Below, piece by piece: positions 11,848-21,186 of a stretch of DNA of 64,000 nucleotides; position 1 is the stretch's first letter; each line of letters opens with the position of its first letter. The notes beneath the pieces were generated by a model. It had not been told where the DNA came from, made no database searches, and saw only the letters and a list, made by a program, of their open reading frames with translations. Location: assembly GCA_035546595.1 (NCBI GenBank), contig DASZWO010000046.1, positions 1,952 through 65,951 of the forward strand. The letters are read 5' to 3'. Origin of the DNA: Opitutaceae bacterium. GTDB lineage: Bacteria; Verrucomicrobiota; Verrucomicrobiia; Opitutales; Opitutaceae. The position numbers and the translations under genes were made by a program.

Positions 11848-13350
11848 CTACGTAGGGCTGGCCCAGCGGCGGCTCCGTTCGACCGCCCGGCGCCACTCCC
11901 CCTGCAGGGCCCGCATCCTCGCGGCCGGGGCGGCGGCCCGGAAGACCCGGCCCGCCTGCCAGAGCCGGGCGATCTCGCTCCGGCTCTTCCAGAAGCCGAC
12001 GGCCAGGCCGGCGAGGTAGCCCGCCCCGAGGGCCGTGGTTTCGGTGACGCGGGGCCGCACCACCCGGGTCCGGAGGAGGTCGCACTGGAACTGGATCAGG
12101 GCGTCGTTGACGCTCGCCCCGCCGTCGACCCGGAGCTCGCGCAGCGGCTGCGGGAAGTCCGCCCGCATCGCCCCGATCAGGTCCGCGCTCTGGAAGGCGA
12201 TGCTTTCCAGCGCCGCGCGGGCCAGGTGGGATCCGGTCGTCCCGCGGGTCAGCCCGACGATGGCTCCCCGGGCGGCGGCGTCCCAGTGAGGGGCCCCCAG
12301 GCCGGCGAAGGCCGGCACCAGGTACACCCCGCCGTTGTCCGCCGCCTTCGCGGCCAGCGCCTCGATATCGGAGGACTGGGCGATCAGGCCGAGGCCGTCC
12401 CGCAGCCACTGCACCACCGCGCCGCCGATGAAGACGCTGCCTTCCAGCGCATATTCCAGGGGGCCGCCGGGCCCGAGGCGCCAGGCCACCGTGGTGAGGA
12501 GATGATGGCGCGAGACGACCGGCTTCGCGCCGGTGTGGAGGAGCAGGAAGCAGCCGGTGCCGTAGGTGTTCTTCGCCATCCCGGGCCGGAAGCAGGCCTG
12601 GCCGAAGAGGGCGGCCTGCTGGTCCCCCGCCATCCCGGCGACCGGGATCCCGTTCAGGGCCGGGATGGCCGAGATCTCCCCGTAGACCTCGCTGCTGGCC
12701 CGCACCTCGGGAAGCACCTCCGGCGGGATGCGCAGGAGCTTCAGCATCCCCTCGTCCCAGGAGCCGGTGCGCAGGTCCAGCAGCAGGGTGCGGGAGGCGT
12801 TGGAGACGTCGGTCGCGTGCACCCTGCCGCCGGTGAGCTTCCAAAGCAGCCAGGTGTCCACCGTGCCGAAGGCCAGCTCGCCCCGGCCGGCGCGGCGGCG
12901 CGCGCCGGGAAGGTGGTCCAGCAGCCAGGCGAGCTTGGTGCCGCTGAAATACGGGTCCGCCAGCAGGCCCGTCCGCCTCCGGATCGCCGGCTCGGCGCCC
13001 CGCGCGCGGAGCTTCCGGCAGTCCTCGGCCGTCCGGCGGTCCTGCCAGACGATCGCCCGGTGCAGCGGCCGGCCGCTGGAGCGCTCCCACAGCAGCGTGG
13101 TCTCCCGCTGGTTGGCGATCCCGACGGCGGCCAGGTCCGCGCGCGCGAGGTTGGCCTCGGCCGCGGCGGCCAGGGCGACCCGCCGCGTCGTCTCCCAAAG
13201 GTCCTCCGGATCGTGCTCCACCCAGCCCGGCTGCGGGAAATGCTGCGGGAATTCCTGCTGGGCGCTGGCCCGCGGCAGGCCCTGCCGGTCGAAGACGATC
13301 GCGCGCGAGGAGGTCGTGCCCTGGTCCAGCGCGAGGACGAAGCGGCTCAC
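11848..13350 (-). CDS. glpK: Glycerol kinase
   Basis: FGGY kinase N-terminus [16 protein letters not shown]. 500 aa with full-length family resemblance. Confidence 0.95.
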   Translation of the reverse strand: MSRFVLALDQGTTSSRAIVFDRQGLPRASAQQEFPQHFPQPGWVEHDPEDLWETTRRVALAAAAEANLARADLAAVGIANQRETTLLWERSSGRPLHRAIVWQDRRTAEDCRKLRARGAEPAIRRRTGLLADPYFSGTKLAWLLDHLPGARRRAGRGELAFGTVDTWLLWKLTGGRVHATDVSNASRTLLLDLRTGSWDEGMLKLLRIPPEVLPEVRASSEVYGEISAIPALNGIPVAGMAGDQQAALFGQACFRPGMAKNTYGTGCFLLLHTGAKPVVSRHHLLTTVAWRLGPGGPLEYALEGSVFIGGAVVQWLRDGLGLIAQSSDIEALAAKAADNGGVYLVPAFAGLGAPHWDAAARGAIVGLTRGTTGSHLARAALESIAFQSADLIGAMRADFPQPLRELRVDGGASVNDALIQFQCDLLRTRVVRPRVTETTALGAGYLAGLAVGFWKSRSEIARLWQAGRVFRAAAPAARMRALQGEWRRAVERSRRWASPT

Positions 13351-13400
13351 GGATTTTTTGTAGCGACCTCCCGCGCCGCGGCGATAGGATTCGGGCTTTC

Positions 13401-15524
13401 ATGCCGGACCAAAGTGGAGCCTGGCGCCGCTGGCTCGCCCCCGGATCCATCGCGCTCGCGGTGGCCGGCGCTTATGCGAACAGCGGCCGGGGGGTGTTCC
13501 TCCTCGACGACTTCGCCTCGATCGGGCTCAACCCCACGATCCGGCGCCTCGGCGCCCTCGGGACGGTCCTGCGGCCGCCCGCCGAGGGCTTCACCGTCAC
13601 CGCCCGGCCGGTGCTCAACCTCTCGCTCGCGATCGACTATGCGCTGGGCGGCGATTCACCCGGGATCTACCACGCCACCAACGCCCTGATCCACCTCGGG
13701 GCGGCCCTGGCCCTTTTCGGGATCGCCCGCCGGACGCTGGGGCGGTGGCGGCCGGAGGCCGCGGGCCTCGGCGCCTGGGCGTTGGCCCTGCTCTGGGCGG
13801 TGCATCCGCTCCAGACGGAGTCGGTGACCTACGTCATCCAGCGGGCGGAGTCGCTGATGGGTCTCTTCTACCTGCTCACCCTCTATGGCCTCGTCCGCGG
13901 CTGGCTCGGCGCCTCGGTGCTCGCCTGCCTGCTGGGCATGGGGACCAAGGAGGTCATGGTGTCGGCCCCGCTGGTCATGCTGCTCTACGACCGGACGTTT
14001 CTGGCCGGTAGCTTCCGCGAGGCCTGGCGCCGCCGCCGCTCCTACTACCTCCTGCTGGCGGCGACCTGGGCGCCGCTGATCTGGCTGGCGGCGGCGGCCG
14101 GCGGCAGCCGCGGCCACACCTCCGGTTTCGGCGCGGGCGTGGCGCCCTGGACGTATTGGATGACGCAGGGGGAGGCGGTGCTGGCCTACCTGCGGCTGGC
14201 GCTCTGGCCGGCGCCGCTGGTTTTCGACTACGGCTCGGTCCGGATCCACCAGCCGGCGGCGCTGGCCGGCGGCGCGCTCGCGCTGGCCGCGGCCGGAGCG
14301 ACCGTCTGGGCCCTCGTCCGCGCCCCGCGGCTGGGCTTCCGGGAGAGGGCGCTCGGCTTCGCCGGCGCCTGCTTCTTCGCGATCCTCGCCCCCACCTCGC
14401 TCGTCCCCGGGCCGGTGCAGCGGATCGCCGAGCACCGGATGTACCTGCCGCTGGCGGCCGTCCTGGCGGCGGTCCTGATCGGCGCCGGCGCGCTGCTGCC
14501 GCGGATCTCTCGGAAGGCGGCCGCCGCCGCGGTGGCGGCGTGGGCCCTCGCGCTGGGGGCGGCGACCTTCGCGCGGAACGCGGTTTACGCCTCGGAGGTC
14601 GGCCTTTGGCGGGACACGGCCGCGGAGGAGCCGGCCGAAGCGCGGCCGCGTTTCTGGCTGGGCAATGCCCTGCTCAAGGCCGGCCGGTACGGCGAGGCCG
14701 CCGGCGAGCTGGAGGCGGCGCTGCGCCTCCAGCCGCGCTACGTCGACGCGCAGGAGGCCCTGGCGACCGCCGACTACCATCTGGGCCGGCGCGAGCAGGC
14801 CGCGGCGGGCTACCGGCGGGTGCTGGACTGGAATCCGGGCTACGCCGAGGCCCAGGACAACCTGGGGCTGCTGGCCGAAGAGGACGGCCGCTGGTCGGAG
14901 GCGGCGGGGCGGTTTGAGGAGGCGCTGCGGCTGCAGCCGCGCTGGGCCGACGCGCGCGCCCATCTGGCCGGCGCCCTGGCGCGGCAGGGCAACGAGGCCT
15001 TCCGGCGGGGCGGGGCGGCCGCGGCGGCGGAGGCCTACCGTCGGGCGCTCGCCCTGGATCCCGGCGACCCCGAGGTGCACGTCGACCTCGGGCTCGCGCT
15101 TTCGGCGGCCGGGCGGCTGGCCGAGGCGCAGGGGGAATTCGAGGCGGCGCTGCGGCTGCGGCCGGACGACGGCCCGGCGCACTACAACCTGGCCAACAGC
15201 CTGGCGCAGGCGGGGCGCCTCGGGGAGGCCGCGCCGCACTACCAGGCGGCGCTGCGCGCCGACCCGGGCAACGCCGCGGCCCGGATCAACCTCGGCAACT
15301 GCCTCTTCCAGCTCGGACGCACGCCGGAGGCGATCGCGCAGTACGAGGCGGCCCTTCCGCTCCAGCCCGGCAACGCACGGCTCCATTTCGACCTGGCCAA
15401 CGCCCTGGCCGCCGCCGGGCGGCTGGCCGGGGCGCGCGCGCACTACGGCGAGGCGCTGCGCCTGCGGCCGGACTTCGCCGCGGCGCGCGCGATGCTGGAC
15501 CGCCTGGGAGGCGCCGCGCCATGA
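13401..15524 (+). CDS. Polytopic GT-C-like (TMTC/PMT-like) membrane domain + C-terminal TPR array, paralog 1 of 5
   Basis: Motifs FLLDDFASIGLNPTIRRLG, ARPVLNLSLAIDYA, YHATNALIHLGAAL, HPLQTESVTYVIQRAESLMGLFYLL, GMGTKEVMVSAPLVMLLYDRTF, AEHRMYLPLA, followed by 34-residue TPR repeats. Confidence 0.8.
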   Translation: MPDQSGAWRRWLAPGSIALAVAGAYANSGRGVFLLDDFASIGLNPTIRRLGALGTVLRPPAEGFTVTARPVLNLSLAIDYALGGDSPGIYHATNALIHLGAALALFGIARRTLGRWRPEAAGLGAWALALLWAVHPLQTESVTYVIQRAESLMGLFYLLTLYGLVRGWLGASVLACLLGMGTKEVMVSAPLVMLLYDRTFLAGSFREAWRRRRSYYLLLAATWAPLIWLAAAAGGSRGHTSGFGAGVAPWTYWMTQGEAVLAYLRLALWPAPLVFDYGSVRIHQPAALAGGALALAAAGATVWALVRAPRLGFRERALGFAGACFFAILAPTSLVPGPVQRIAEHRMYLPLAAVLAAVLIGAGALLPRISRKAAAAAVAAWALALGAATFARNAVYASEVGLWRDTAAEEPAEARPRFWLGNALLKAGRYGEAAGELEAALRLQPRYVDAQEALATADYHLGRREQAAAGYRRVLDWNPGYAEAQDNLGLLAEEDGRWSEAAGRFEEALRLQPRWADARAHLAGALARQGNEAFRRGGAAAAAEAYRRALALDPGDPEVHVDLGLALSAAGRLAEAQGEFEAALRLRPDDGPAHYNLANSLAQAGRLGEAAPHYQAALRADPGNAAARINLGNCLFQLGRTPEAIAQYEAALPLQPGNARLHFDLANALAAAGRLAGARAHYGEALRLRPDFAAARAMLDRLGGAAP

Positions 15525-17527
15525 AGCCGCGCCGGGGAGTCCTCCTCGCGGCGCTGGGCATCGTCCTGGCCACGGTCCTCGCCTACGCCGGCACCCTCGC
15601 GGCGCCGTTCGTCTTCGACGACATCCCCGCCATCGCGAACAACCCGACGATCCGGCGCCTGGGCGACCTGCGCCGGGTGCTCTCCCCCTCCGCCACCGAC
15701 GGCAGCGGCGTCAGCGGCCGGCCGGTCGTGAATCTTTCCCTCGCCCTGAACTACGCCGCCGGCGGGCTGTCGGTCCGCGGCTACCACGCGGCCAACCTCG
15801 CCATCCATCTCGGAGCGGCCCTGCTGCTCTTCGGCATCGTGCGCCGCACGGCGGAGCGGGCCGGGCGGCCCGACGCGCTGCTGCTGGGCGCCGCGGTGGC
15901 GGGAATCTGGGCGGCGCATCCGCTGCTGACCGAGTCGGTCAGCTGCGTCATCCAGCGGACCGAATCGCTGATGGGGTTCTTCTATCTCCTGACGGTGTAC
16001 GCCTTCGTCCGGGGCACCGCGGGCCCGCGGCGGGGCGCGTGGCTTCTCCTCTCCTGGGCGGCATGCCTGCTGGGCATGGGGACGAAGGAGGTCATGGTGT
16101 CCGCGCCCCTCATCGTGTTCCTGTTCGACCGCACCTTCGTGGCCGGGACGTTCCGCCGCGCCTGGTCGGAGCGGCGGGGCTATTACGTCCCGCTGGCGGC
16201 GACCTGGCTCCTGCTGGCCTGGCTGATGGCGGGCAACGGGGCGAGCCGGGGCGGATCGGTGGGTTTCGGCCACGGCATCGGCGTCTGGAGCTACGCCCTG
16301 ACCCAGTGCTGGGCCCTGGCGCACTACCTGCGCCTCTGCTTCTGGCCGCACCCGCTGGTCATCGACTACGGCACCGCGGTCGCGCCCGGCCTCGGCGCGG
16401 TTTGGCCTCAGGGGCTGCTGGTGCTCGCCCTGCTCGGCCTCACCGCCTGGGCCCTGGCGCGGCGTCCGGTCGCCGGGTTCCTGGGCGCTTGGTGCTTCGC
16501 GATCCTGGCGCCCAGCTCGAGCTTCGTCCCCCTCGTCACGCAGACCGCCGCCGAGCACCGCATGTATCTGCCCCTGGCGGGGGTGGTCGCGCTGGTGGTC
16601 CTGGGCGTCGCCGGGCCGGCCCGCACCCTTCTGGCGCCGCCGCTGCGGATCGCGGGCGCCCTTGGCCTGGTCGCCGGGCTGGCCTTCGCCACCTGGGAGC
16701 GCAACCTCGACTACCGCACGGAGCATGCGATCTGGGCCCAGGCGGTCCGGGCATACCCAAGCAACGCGCGGGCGCACTACAACCTCGGGACCACCCTCGA
16801 GCACGCCGGCGCCCGGGGTGAGGCGGAGGCCCAGTACCGGGAGGCGATCCGCCTCAAGCCCGACTACGCCGACCCGCGCAACAACCTGGGGGAGCAGCTC
16901 CTCGGCGAGGGCCGCGTCGCCGAGGCCGAGGCTGAATTCCGGGCGGCGCTGCGGCTGCAGCCGGCCAACGCCCAGATCGCATACAACCTGGGCAACGCCC
17001 TGATCCAGGCGGGGCGTCCCGACGAGGCGATCCGCTTCCTGGAGGGCGCGCTGAAGCTGAGGCCCGCCTATGCCGAGGCGGAAAGCAACCTGGGCGTCGC
17101 CTATTCGCTGCTCGGCCGCTACCAGGACGCCCGACTGCACTACGCGGCCTCGCTGCGGATCGACCCGCGCTATGAGGTGGCCCATTTCGACTTGGGCAAC
17201 GTCCTGGCGCACCTCGGAGACATGCCCGCGGCGGCGGCGGAGTACGAGGCCGCGCTCCGTCTCAACCCGGGCGACGCCCGCGCCCGCGTCAACCTGGGCA
17301 ACGCCCTCGTGCAGCTCGGCCGGCCCGACGAGGCCCTGGCCCATTTCCAGGCGGCGATCCGGACCGACCCGCGCAGCGCCGCGGCGCACTTCAGCTTGGG
17401 GAGCCTTTATGTCCAGTCCGGCCGTTACGCGGAGGCCCGGGCCGAATTCGAGGCCGCGCTGCGGCTGAACCCCGGGCTCCAGCCCGCCCGCGACCTGCTC
17501 GAGCGCCTGCATGCCCTCCGACCCTGA
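15521..17527 (+). CDS. GT-C-like membrane domain + TPR array, paralog 2 of 5
   Basis: Same motif set (FVFDDIPAIANNPTIRRLG, HPLLTESVSCVIQRTESLMGFFYLL, GMGTKEVMVSAPLIVFLFDRTF, AEHRMYLPLA). The ATG overlaps the paralog 1 stop (ATGA at 15521-15524). Confidence 0.8.
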   Translation: MKPRRGVLLAALGIVLATVLAYAGTLAAPFVFDDIPAIANNPTIRRLGDLRRVLSPSATDGSGVSGRPVVNLSLALNYAAGGLSVRGYHAANLAIHLGAALLLFGIVRRTAERAGRPDALLLGAAVAGIWAAHPLLTESVSCVIQRTESLMGFFYLLTVYAFVRGTAGPRRGAWLLLSWAACLLGMGTKEVMVSAPLIVFLFDRTFVAGTFRRAWSERRGYYVPLAATWLLLAWLMAGNGASRGGSVGFGHGIGVWSYALTQCWALAHYLRLCFWPHPLVIDYGTAVAPGLGAVWPQGLLVLALLGLTAWALARRPVAGFLGAWCFAILAPSSSFVPLVTQTAAEHRMYLPLAGVVALVVLGVAGPARTLLAPPLRIAGALGLVAGLAFATWERNLDYRTEHAIWAQAVRAYPSNARAHYNLGTTLEHAGARGEAEAQYREAIRLKPDYADPRNNLGEQLLGEGRVAEAEAEFRAALRLQPANAQIAYNLGNALIQAGRPDEAIRFLEGALKLRPAYAEAESNLGVAYSLLGRYQDARLHYAASLRIDPRYEVAHFDLGNVLAHLGDMPAAAAEYEAALRLNPGDARARVNLGNALVQLGRPDEALAHFQAAIRTDPRSAAAHFSLGSLYVQSGRYAEARAEFEAALRLNPGLQPARDLLERLHALRP

Positions 17528-19451
17528 CAGCGCCGGCAGGCTGACGCCGAGTCGGTCCGCCGCCATCCTGGTCCTGGCCGTGGCCCTGGCCTACGCCGGG
17601 AGCTTCGCCGCGCCCTTCGTCTTCGACGCCTCGCCGATCGCGACCGCCTATCCCACGATCCGCCACCTCTGGCCGCTGACCCGCTCGCTGAGCCCGCCGC
17701 ATGACGGCTCGACCATCGAGGGGCGCCCCCTGCTGAACTTCTCGCTGGCGCTCAGCTACGCGCTCAGCGGCACCCGGGTCTGGGGCTATCACCTGCTGAA
17801 CCTGCTCATCCATCTCGGGGCCTGCCTGGCGCTCTTCGGGATCGTGCGGCGCACGCTGGGGCTCCGCGGCCGAGGCGGCGCGACGGCGACCGCCCTGGTG
17901 GCGGCCCTGGGGTGGGGCCTGCACCCGCTCCAGACCGAGTCGGTGACCTACGTCATCCAGCGGGCCGAATCGCAGATGGGGCTCTGCCTGCTGCTGACGC
18001 TCTACGGGTTCATCCGCGGGGCGGACCGGGACCGGCCGCTTCCCTGGTATTCCTTCTCCGTGGGCTGCTGCCTCGCGGGCATGGCGTCCAAGGAGGTCAT
18101 GGCGGTGGCCCCGGTCCTGGTCCTGCTCTACGACCGGACTTTCCTCGCCGGGAGCTTCCGCGCCGCCTGGCGCAGCCGCCGGGGCTATTACGCGGCGCTG
18201 GGCGCCACCTGGATCCTGCTCGGCGCCCTGGTGCTCGGCTCGCACAGCCGCAACGGCACCGCCGGCTTCGGCAGCGCGGTTCCCTGGGGCAGGTACGCGC
18301 TCACGCAGGTCTACGCCCTCGCGCACTACCTCCGCCTGGCGCTGTGGCCGCGGCCGCTGGTGTTCGACTACGGCGTCCTTCTGGTCGGCGATCCCCGGGT
18401 CCTGGCGGCGTCGGCCCTCGTCCTGGCGCTGCTGCTCGCCGCGGCGGCGGGGCTGGCGTCTCGCCGGGAGGCGCCGCGGGCCGCCGGCTTTCTGGCCGCC
18501 TGGTTCCTTCTCCCCCTCGCTCCGACCTCGCTCGTCCCCATTGCCACCGAGACCGTCGCGGAGCACCGTCTCTACGTCTCGCTCGCGGCGGTGGCGGTCG
18601 CCGCCGCCCTGGCGCTGCGGCGGATCTGCGGCGCCAGGCGGGGAGTGTTCCTCGCGGCCGGCGCCGCCGCCGCCCTCGGCCTCGGGGCCCTCACCCTCCA
18701 GCGCAATCGGATCTACCGGAGCGAGGAGCGCCTCTGGGCCGACACCGTCGCCAAGCGGCCGGACAATCCCCGCGCCCGGGTCCAGTACGGCTCGGTGCTC
18801 TTCAAGGCCGGGCGGATCGACCCGGCGGCGGCGCAGTTCCGGCGCGCCCTCGAGCTCGAACCGGCCAACTTCTGGGCGCACTACGACCTCGGCCAGTGCC
18901 TCTACCAGCGGGGGCGGTTCCGCGAAGCCATCGCGGAATTCGGGCTGGCGGTCCGGATCCTGCCGGAGAACGTGGACGCCCGCGGCGAACTGGGCAGCGC
19001 GCTGCTGCGGGCCGGCGATCCGGCGGACGCCGCTTCCCAGTACGAGCAGGCCCTCCGGCTCGACCCCTCGCGGGGCGACATCCGCGGCAACCTGGCCCGG
19101 GCGCAGTACAACTGGGGCACCCTGCTGGCGGCCCGGCACGACCTGGCGGGCGCCATCGTCCACTTCGAGCAGGCGGTGCGATCCCAGCCCGACTATCCGG
19201 AGGCCGAGGACAATTGGGGCAACGCGCTGCTGGAGGAGGGGAGGACGGACGAGGCCGCCGCCCACCACCGGCGGGCCCTGGCGCTGCGGCCGGACTACCC
19301 CGAGGCCCACGCCAATCTCGGCCTGGCCCTCCTCCGGCAGGGCCGGATCGCGGAGGCGGCCCGGGAATACCGGGAGGCGCTGCGGCTGCGGCCGGACTAC
19401 CCGGAGGCCCGCGCCATGCTCGAGCGGATCCGGGAGGCCGGCCTGCGCTGA
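17511..19451 (+). CDS. GT-C-like membrane domain + TPR array, paralog 3 of 5
   Basis: Motifs FVFDASPIATAYPTIRHL, HPLQTESVTYVIQRAESQMGLCLLL, GMASKEVMAVAPVLVLLYDRTF, AEHRLYVSLA. Overlaps paralog 2 by 17 nt. Confidence 0.8.
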   Translation: MPSDPDSAGRLTPSRSAAILVLAVALAYAGSFAAPFVFDASPIATAYPTIRHLWPLTRSLSPPHDGSTIEGRPLLNFSLALSYALSGTRVWGYHLLNLLIHLGACLALFGIVRRTLGLRGRGGATATALVAALGWGLHPLQTESVTYVIQRAESQMGLCLLLTLYGFIRGADRDRPLPWYSFSVGCCLAGMASKEVMAVAPVLVLLYDRTFLAGSFRAAWRSRRGYYAALGATWILLGALVLGSHSRNGTAGFGSAVPWGRYALTQVYALAHYLRLALWPRPLVFDYGVLLVGDPRVLAASALVLALLLAAAAGLASRREAPRAAGFLAAWFLLPLAPTSLVPIATETVAEHRLYVSLAAVAVAAALALRRICGARRGVFLAAGAAAALGLGALTLQRNRIYRSEERLWADTVAKRPDNPRARVQYGSVLFKAGRIDPAAAQFRRALELEPANFWAHYDLGQCLYQRGRFREAIAEFGLAVRILPENVDARGELGSALLRAGDPADAASQYEQALRLDPSRGDIRGNLARAQYNWGTLLAARHDLAGAIVHFEQAVRSQPDYPEAEDNWGNALLEEGRTDEAAAHHRRALALRPDYPEAHANLGLALLRQGRIAEAAREYREALRLRPDYPEARAMLERIREAGLR

Positions 19452-19489
19452 GTCTTGTCGTCGCGCCCGGGTCTTCCCATAACTCGCCG

Positions 19490-21184
19490 ATGCCGGAAAG
19501 AAACGCCGCGAGCCTGCCCTTTTGGATGGGCGCCGTCCTCGCCGCCGCGGTCCTGGCGGCGTACGCCGGCACCCTGGGGGAGCCGCTGCTCTTCGAATCC
19601 GCGTCGGTCCTGGCCGACAATCCCACGCTCCGGCAGCTCGGCGCCGCCCTGCGGCCGCCCCACGACGGCTCGCCGGTGGAGGGCCGGCCCGTCCTCAACC
19701 TATCGCTCGCGCTCAACTATGCCGCCGGCGGCGCCGCGCCGGACGGCTACCACCTGGCCAACCTCGCGATCCACGCCCTGGCCGCGCTCGTCCTGTTCGG
19801 GATCGTGCGCCGGACGCTGGCCCGGTTCCCCGACGAGTTCGGCGGACGCGAGGGCGCCGTGCTGGCCGGCTGCGCCGCGCTCCTCTGGGCGGTCCATCCC
19901 CTGCAGACCGAGGCGGTGACCAATGTCATCCAGCGGGCCGAATCGCTCATGGGGCTTTTCTATCTGCTGACCCTCTACTGCTTCATCCGGGGCTGGCGGG
20001 GCCTCTCGGTCGCGGCCTGCCTCCTCGGCATGGGGACGAAGGAGGTCATGGTCTCCGCGCCGCTGATCGTGCTGCTCTACGACCGGACCTTCGTCGCCGG
20101 CACATTCCGGAGAGCCTGGTCCGAGCGGCGGGGCTACTACCTCGGGCTGGCCGCGACCTGGCTGCTCCTGGGCTGGCTCCTGGTCGGAGCGGGCAGCCGC
20201 CACGGGACCGCCGGCTTCGGGAGCGCGATCCGGTGGTTCGACTATCTGCGGACGCAGGCCTACGCCGTCACGCTCTACCTCGGGCTCGCGATCTGGCCCC
20301 ACCACCAGATCTTCGACTACGGCACCCGCCTCATCACCCGCTGGACGGTGGTGCTGCCCTCGGCCCTGGTGGTCCTGGCGGTGGTCGGCTTCACCGCGGC
20401 CAGCATCCTCGCGCCCGGGCGGCGCTGGCACTGGAAGGGCTTCCTCGGGGCCTGGTTCCTGGCGCTGCTCGCCCCGACCGCGCTGGTGCCGGTCGCGACC
20501 CAGACCCTGGCGGAGCACCGCATGTACCTCCCGCTTGCGGCCCTGGCGGTGGCGACGGTGCTGGTTTTGCGCAAGGTTTGCGGCCGCCGGTGGGAGGCGG
20601 TCGCGCTGGTCTCGGCGGCGGCCGCCGCCGGCCTGGGGGCCGCGACGGTCCAGCGCAACCGCGTCTACCGGAGCGAGGAGGCGCTCTGGTCGGACACGGT
20701 GGCCAAGATCCCCTACAACGAACGCGCGCACAACAACCTGGGCAACGCCCTATACCTGGAGGGGCGGGCGCGGGAAGCGGCGGCGGAGTATGAGCGCGCC
20801 CTCGAGCTCCAGCCGGAGGATAATCCCGAGGCGCAATACAACCTCGGCAACTGCCTCCTCCAGGAGGGCCGGCCGCAGGAGGCCGCGGCCCGCTTCCGCG
20901 AGGCCATCCGCCTGGCTCCGCTCAACCCGGACGCGCACAACCAGCTCGGCGACGCGCTGGCCCAGGCCGGCCGCCTGGACCAGGCCCGGGCCGAGTTCGA
21001 GCGGGCCGAGAGCCTGGATCCGGGCCGGGCCGAGCCCCATTACAACCTCGGCAACATCTGGGCGATGACGGGCCATCGCGACCGGGCCCTGGCGGAATAC
21101 CGCCGGGCGGCGGAGCTCGATCCCGGCTTCGCCGACGCCCGGGCCGCGCTGGAGCGTCTCCAGGCGGCGCCGGCGGGCCCCTGA
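19490..21184 (+). CDS. GT-C-like membrane domain + shorter TPR array, paralog 4 of 5
   Basis: ATG at 19490 inside track ORF 17912..21184 (MPERNAASLPFWMGAV...). Motifs LLFESASVLADNPTLRQLG, HPLQTEAVTNVIQRAESLMGLFYLL, GMGTKEVMVSAPLIVLLYDRTF, AEHRMYLPLA. Confidence 0.8.
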   Translation: MPERNAASLPFWMGAVLAAAVLAAYAGTLGEPLLFESASVLADNPTLRQLGAALRPPHDGSPVEGRPVLNLSLALNYAAGGAAPDGYHLANLAIHALAALVLFGIVRRTLARFPDEFGGREGAVLAGCAALLWAVHPLQTEAVTNVIQRAESLMGLFYLLTLYCFIRGWRGLSVAACLLGMGTKEVMVSAPLIVLLYDRTFVAGTFRRAWSERRGYYLGLAATWLLLGWLLVGAGSRHGTAGFGSAIRWFDYLRTQAYAVTLYLGLAIWPHHQIFDYGTRLITRWTVVLPSALVVLAVVGFTAASILAPGRRWHWKGFLGAWFLALLAPTALVPVATQTLAEHRMYLPLAALAVATVLVLRKVCGRRWEAVALVSAAAAAGLGAATVQRNRVYRSEEALWSDTVAKIPYNERAHNNLGNALYLEGRAREAAAEYERALELQPEDNPEAQYNLGNCLLQEGRPQEAAARFREAIRLAPLNPDAHNQLGDALAQAGRLDQARAEFERAESLDPGRAEPHYNLGNIWAMTGHRDRALAEYRRAAELDPGFADARAALERLQAAPAGP

Positions 21185-21186
21185 TC

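Noticed and set aside
11336-13450. N-terminal ~700 codons of the 813-aa minus-strand ORF 11009..13450
   Set aside because: It overlaps glpK and the coiled-coil gene out of frame and is Pro/Arg/Gly-rich. Only the C-terminal Hpt-like part (11009-11335) is retained.
13656-19310. Long minus-strand ORFs (595, 707 and 639 aa) opposite the GT-C/TPR paralogs
   Set aside because: Arg/Gly/Pro/Ala-rich antisense frames with no motifs. The + strand frames carry family motifs conserved across five paralogs.
17912-19489. 5' part of the 1090-aa ORF 17912..21184
   Set aside because: It is an out-of-frame shadow across paralog 3. The real gene (paralog 4) begins at the ATG at 19490, where the conserved N-terminal motifs start.
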